Under the pieces are notes generated by a model. The model searched no databases, was not told the DNA's origin, and was given only the letters and a program-made list of their open reading frames with translations. The position numbers and the translations under genes were made by a program. A DNA stretch of 64,000 nt from Macrostomum lignano (taxonomy: Eukaryota): contig NIVC01000224.1 of assembly GCA_002269645.1 (NCBI GenBank), positions 414,185-478,184 on the forward strand, read 5' to 3'. Shown here in pieces: positions 58,201-64,000 of the stretch (its first letter is position 1; every line of letters starts with the position of its first letter).

Positions 58201-59401
58201 GGGGAGAGAAGAGACGAGAGCGGAGAGAAGAGACGAGAGGGAGAGAAGAGACGAGAGGGGAGAGAAGAGACGAGAGCGGAGAGAAGAGACGAGAGCGGAG
58301 GAAAGAGACGAGAGCGGAGAGAAGAGACGAGAGGGGAGAGAAGAGACGAGAGCGGAGAGAAGAGACGAGAGCGGAGAGAAGAGACGAGAGGGGAGAGAAG
58401 AGACGAGAGCGGAGAGAAGAGACGAGAGGGAGAGAAGAGACGAGAGGGGAGAGAAGAGACGAGAGCGGAGAGAAGAGACGAGAGCGGAGGAAAGAGACGA
58501 GAGCGGAGAGAAGAGACGAGAAGGGAGAAAAGAGACGAGAGGAGGAGAAAAGAGACGAGAGGGGAGGGAAGAGACGAAAGGAGACACTAAAGGAGAAAAG
58601 TGTAAGAAAGTGCGTAAGACTACAAGGAGGACGTGAGCAACTGACACTCATGTGACACGCTTGCAAAACACTCGAAAATTTCGCAGGACCTCGTCCGCGA
58701 TCTGGACACAAACAATCTCATTCCGCCGAGGTGGACGATCTCCTGAAGAATACCCTGCCAAATTTCGCTTCGGCAATTGACTCGGAGAATTTCGCTTCGA
58801 GCATTCTGGAATTGAACAAACCGTTGCTGTTACTGTCCGCAGCGGACTTTCGCAGCCTTCGCGGCACCTGAGCCGGCTTGAGGACAATCTGAGGCGAGCA
58901 AATTCTACCGATCGAAGACCCGACCTGATCAACTACATGGCGCACAAAACTGAGAGAAATATCGACAGATGGAACCGGACACTCATAGCGGGACTAAAAT
59001 TTCTATTAGGAAATTTTACAACTCTGCAAACGAATCGAAGATTAACAAATTTGACGTTTAGTCTGACGGTTGATGCGTTGAATCTTAAAAAAACTTTAGC
59101 GAACAAATATTTCTTGCTAAGGTCGATTGCTAGACGCTACAATGAGACTCTGTTTGAGCACATGTCGATGATTGCCGAGCTTGGGAACAGCCTCATCAGT
59201 CGGCTGCTCAATCGGGTTGGACGGTGCGGTCCGCTGCGCGACATCTTTCAGATTTCCGTCAAATGGTGCCAGGTGCAAATTGAGCCACTGCCAGAAACTG
59301 GGATCTACTTGATGGCGTCTTGTATTGCATTTTACATTATGGTGCATCTCATGCTGTGCCTCATGTATCGCATGAGAACGAAAACTGAGGTGTACTCTTA
59401 A
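55224..59401 (+). CDS. Prominin-like 5-TM protein (exon 55224-57218; exon 58687-59401 with two apparent -1 frameshifts)
   Basis: TM pair, long helical loop, TM pair followed by ETQMDACRYL, IVSRCGNDSVTIFQALGL, NFASAIDSENF, and terminal CGPL...WCQVQIEPL plus TM5 ending YRMR, the prominin topology. Confidence 0.7.
57355..58580. repeat. 19-bp purine-only minisatellite (GAGAAGAGACGAGAGCGGA)n in the prominin intron
   Basis: Tandem copies. Confidence 0.95.
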
Positions 59402-59490
59402 CGGGTGAGGCACTCTTCCAATGGGTGAGGCACTCTTCCAATGGGTGAGGCACTCTTCCAACGGGTGAGGCACTCTTCCAACGGGTGAGG
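59401..59490. repeat. 20-bp repeat (ACGGGTGAGGCACTCTTCCA), about 4.5 copies
   Basis: Begins at the prominin stop codon. Confidence 0.9.
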
Positions 59491-60599
59491 CCATTGCTAT
59501 TTGCCTGTCTGCTAGAACTTTTTTTCTCAATTTACTGATTGTAACTTCGAATACTACTACAGTGGCTACTAAGTAGTAGTTCAATCGCTATTTTAAATCC
59601 GATTTTCTGGTGCAGAGTCAGGTTTTGGAGAAGTCTTTCGTCTTTAAAACTTTATTGCCAGTTTAATCTGCTCTCGCGTCATAAAACCACAAAAACCAGA
59701 TAATTTTTTATATCTCTAGGCCCTACATAAAGTAGCGAGTCGAGTAGAGAATTTGGATATTTTGCTTCTCTTTTCATTGGAATTGTAGTTCGAATTCAAA
59801 CTAGCTTATTGTACAGTACAAATTTGCTTCTTTTTTACTTTTTAAATTTGTTTGATGTTAATCGAATTTTGTTGAAACCTGAACATACGTCTTGCCTTGC
59901 CGCCCACTGGGTCGTCAAACTCCACAATTAATATGAAAACAAAAACAATTTTTGCGTTTTCCAAAATACAATGCGCCTTAGGAAAATATTCATTTTTTCT
60001 TGCTATTTTTGAATTGCCAAAGTTGGAAACAACTAATCTTTGCCTTTCCATCTTTTTGTATTTGGTTAATTGTCACAGTGAATAATTGAAAAAAGGAATA
60101 TCTGTCAGTCAGTTAGGCGTCATCAAGGCTAATAAATATTATGATTTTATAATTTTATAAACATGTAAAGATTGCTTTCGTCAGTCAAGTTGATAATTAC
60201 GCCAATCAAATGGGGATAATAAGGAAGAGGGAGCAGCCCATTTGGGCCTTCGCGCATTTAATTTAATCCAAGATTCATTTGCCAATGCAATGGGCTTTTG
60301 TCTATGGTAGCAAGGGGTTTCAGAAAGCTATATTAAAAACAGCACTAATTGTCAAAAGTTTTGTGCCCAAAATTGTCTATGGCGAAGTGGAGTTTCTGTA
60401 ACTGGCTTTGATTGGCTTTATTGTCTTTGGCGAGTGTAGATCTGTGGCAGTGGCTTTTATTATCAGCAAAAGTCCACAACACCCTGCGGTTTATGTACAG
60501 AGGAAGACTATAAAATAAAAATACATTAGATTTTTAAAAAGACATTAGATTACATTAGAAAATAAAAGATTAGCACCTGCTACTAATTTTCAAATGTAG

Positions 60600-63500
60600 G
60601 CGGTTACCAACAATTCAAAGCCATTGATTGTTTGGTCTCCGTTAGGTGAGACCAAGTGATGCAGCTGGCACAGCAGTTCGCGCAGCTTCGCAGTTGTCAA
60701 CCCAGCAGCGTACTCATGACTGGCCAATCGGCTGATACCTGCTGCTTAACGTCAATTGCTACCAGAGCTCTCATGCTGAGTCGTCTCTGTGCTAGAACTC
60801 TTTGACGAATGTCCGAAGAAGAATGTCTGACAGCACTGGCAGCTGGTCACGGCGAGACTGGATAATTTCGAGTTGTCGGATTACTTTTAATCATTCATAA
60901 CTCGTGATCTGGGAAAAGCCAGCAGTTTCTGCACACTAAGTAGTTACGTACGCAGTCACACAAGCTCACACAGGATGTAAAACGGCCTGACTTTCTCACC
61001 GAGAGATAATTGTACACAGTTCTTACCATGCGAAAAATGTTGACTGCCTGACTAAAGTAGACACTGTACTCCACAACCAAATAGCTTTGAGTGAACATTG
61101 CCAGCTGCAAGGTGACTTGGCGTTCACGAGTTCTCAACTCAACAGATGCATTGATTACACCGGCCGATGGCGAGCTTGACGCGGATGCTGTGGGGGGAGA
61201 TCCGGTTAAGAATGTTAAGTTAAGTTAAGAATCTCCGCGCCCCTCCCCATCTACCGAGTGCACCTGTTAAACCAAACCCATCTGGACGTCTCACCCGGCC
61301 AAAGCTCCGGCGTGGCAGAGTAGAACAGCTCCATGAACTGCACAAACTGCAACTCATCTTGATATCTCGAGCAGCCAGGGTCTCGGCGCTGTCACCAGCA
61401 GCATTTCGCTTGTCGGGACTGGCGCCAGCGCTCAGCAAGAATTGAACCAGTCCAAGGTGGCCTCCAGTGGTGGCTCTGGTCAGCCAAGTCTCGCCATCTG
61501 CCGGGTCGATGGCGTCAATATCGACACCAAGCCGATCAGTGAGCAGGTTCAATAGTTTCACGTTGAACTGGGGAACTGCCATTGACAGCAGGCGTCTGGG
61601 AAGACCTTCAATAAATTCATCGGAACAGAAATCGAAGCTGAACACTATCAGAGCTTCCAGGATTCTTCTGTGACAGCCTCGACAGCAAATTCAAGAAGCT
61701 GCTGGTGCTGCTGTTCGCGATGATGTCGCTGACGATGCCAGTCCTCTCGACGCTGGTAGCATAGTCTGTCAAGTCAGCCGGGTCGGTAATAAAAAAGGTG
61801 ATGTTTTTTACATGACAATCTTTACTAGCTCATCTAGACTTTTTGCGACGCAATTATCACTATGGAGCCTTAAAGTCGTATCTGAGGCGTGCAAGAGTCG
61901 CTTTAGAAGCCTTGAGGCACACTCAGTGCTTCTGCGCATCTGCACATCTTCTGCGCATCTGCACATCTTCGTCACTTAATGAATTAGAATCGCATTTCAC
62001 ATTTATATCAACTCTATTATTTAGTCAACTTGACTTAGTAGAAAGTTATGCGTTAGCACAGCGACAGCGAATTTTTTGCGACTGGCAATTCTTTACAACT
62101 CACGTGATGCGCTCGTGACTCAACAGTCACCTCTCCGTCGCATTTCAGTCGTTTTAGCTGTTAAAAAGTCACAGGAGTCACCCAGAGTCAATAGAGTTAC
62201 TGGTGAGTTGTTTGCAATGACTATTTAGCGATTCTTAGCACGGTAACGTTTTCAACGGGGTTGGGCCGCCTCGAAAGGTCAAATTCAGCTGCGTACTAAC
62301 TCCAATCGACTAGTCTCTGTTGTTATCGAATACTGTTGAAATTCTGTCTCTTTGACTTTGAGTTTCAGAGAAGAACATCGGTAATGATACTGCATGGTCG
62401 GTAATCGGTAATGTATAAATATGATATTCTGCTGGTTACTTCTCAGGATTTTGGAAAAAAACTTACTTTGAAATTTCAATACATCCGTTTCATACATCGA
62501 AGTAGCAACTCGATGGTGCGCAGGACACACACGGCTACTGCTTCACTCACCTAGCCAGAACTTCAGCCTCCATCCGCGTTGCACAGCGAGTCCCAGCAGA
62601 CTGACGCCGGAGTCTCCCAGGCTCGGCAGCGGCAGAATTTGTTGAGCTTTGCATCCGCGATGACCCGCCAAGCAGCGCAGCACGTTTAGGCAGCTTCTTT
62701 CGGCGAGCAACTGCGACGGCGTTCGGCCAGTCTTGTCCGTCCTGTCCAACGGCCGCCGCGTCTGGCGATGAGCTGCAAAACTGCGCAGGCTGTGGCCTCG
62801 TCCGGGCAGTGGGCGCAGCACAGGTGAGCCAAGGTCAAGTCTGAGTGGCTTTTAACCGAGGCTGAGCACTTTCCTTCGATCAGTAGGTAACGTAGAGCCG
62901 ACAGTTTCCCTAGCGCGGCGGCCCAGAAAGTTGGAGTGAAGCCATGACGGTCGCGATGATCCAGGGTGGCGCAGCCTTCAGATAGCGCAGAATCGCCTCT
63001 GTGGCGTCGGGATTTTCGCAGAGGATGGCAGCGACGGCAGAGTTAGCGACAGCAAGCCGTCTTTGGCGCCGCAGAGTCCGCTTGGAATTGAGGCTGTTGG
63101 GAGCTGCTCAACAAGGGTTAACGAGATTAGTGACTGTCTTTAATATTATAGAAACAAGAGGACAATGAAAATTCATTTGTCTCGAGAGGGTTCATGCGTA
63201 ACTCTTGGCAAGCAAGTGTAGCCATGCTCAAAAGTACAAAAATATTCCTTACGTTGATCTCTCCGGGGTGACAGTCGAATACGAAGTTCGAATTAATTCC
63301 GCAATTTTTAACCGCTGCATCGAGCAGGTCAATGCGACCCAGAGCTGTCTTATTGATCAGGCAGTGCTGTATAACATAGTCGCTGGCGGTCTTGTAAATA
63401 ATAGGCGGTGGCTTCTTGTTCATTGCGCCCTGACCCGTACCACCTCTTGTAAGTCGATGGAGCAAGTATCCAAACTGATTGAACAGCTTTGCAGACTTCC

Positions 63501-64000
63501 TGTTAAGTTTTAGAGGACTCTTCTTGTCGTTTAAACAAAGGGAATATCGAACGAACGAACGAACGAACGAACGAACGAACGAACGAACGAACGAACGAAC
63601 GAACGAACGACGAACGAAACGAACAAACAAACGAACGAACGAATACGAACAAAACGAACGACGAAACGAACGAACGAAACGAACGAACGAACACGAACGA
63701 ACGAACGAACGAAAACAAACGAACGAACGAACAAACGAACGAACGAACGAACGAACGAACGAACGAACGAACGAATGAATGAATGAACCGAATGAATGAA
63801 CGAACGAACGAACACACAAACAAAAGAATGGACAAATAAAAAAGAATGAAAAGCAGTCAAAACAGAACCAGAGAACGAATATATGTAAAACGTGCACCCA
63901 ACTACCGGTACTATCTACCTTTGCAGCACCGTAGGCTAGCACAATCTTCATGATCTCGTTAGCATCAGAACAGCTCGACTTCGCTACAGCTCCGTACAAC
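60600..64000 (-). pseudogene. Multi-exon ankyrin-repeat gene, partial at window edge, several frameshifts (pseudogene or consensus errors)
   Basis: Ankyrin-like segments LYGAV..EIMKIVLAYGA (63900-64000), LLDAAVKNCGINSN (63253-63499), LDHRDRHGFTPTFWAAALGKLSALRYLL and DKTGRTPSQLL (62551-63100), DGETWLTRATTGGHLGLVQFLLSAGASPDKRNAAGDSA (61290-61770) lie in changing frames; GT-AG boundaries at 62550, 63252, 63500. Confidence 0.6.
63548..63810. repeat. (AACG)n microsatellite
   Basis: Tetranucleotide run inside an ankyrin-gene intron. Confidence 0.95.

Noticed and set aside
57343-58711. Arg/Glu-rich and Ser/Leu-rich ORFs
   Set aside because: Purine-only 19-bp array in the prominin intron.

Overview
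Eukaryotic (metazoan invertebrate) genomic DNA. The intron sizes, acceptor sites just before start codons and very dense mini/microsatellites suggest a free-living flatworm such as Macrostomum (inference only). Left to right: (1) a probable last exon of an MFS transporter followed by a 7-copy E-box/CCAAT array; (2) a tandem cluster of three intact plus one truncated single-exon RING-less TRIM-like genes (zinc finger, coiled coil, NHL-type propeller) that are gene-conversion mosaics; (3) a 3-exon eIF4A-like gene encoding only the N-terminal RecA domain with motifs I, II and III degenerate; (4) a 4-exon TEX10/Ipi1-like gene; (5) a 4-exon mitochondrial Xaa-Pro aminopeptidase (XPNPEP3); (6) an intronless orphan class A GPCR on the minus strand; (7) a full-length 4.4 kb Ingi-like LINE with TSDs, a 5' HDV-like ribozyme fold, a 2A ribosome-skipping peptide, PHD, APE, RT, RNase H and CCHC domains; (8) a 2 kb non-autonomous hAT element with 8-bp TSD; (9) a prominin-like gene; (10) a frameshifted ankyrin-repeat gene running off the right edge. 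Most of the larger introns and several intergenic spacers carry a tandem-repeat array. Exon structures were derived by hand from splice signals and frame continuity; no database searches were run.
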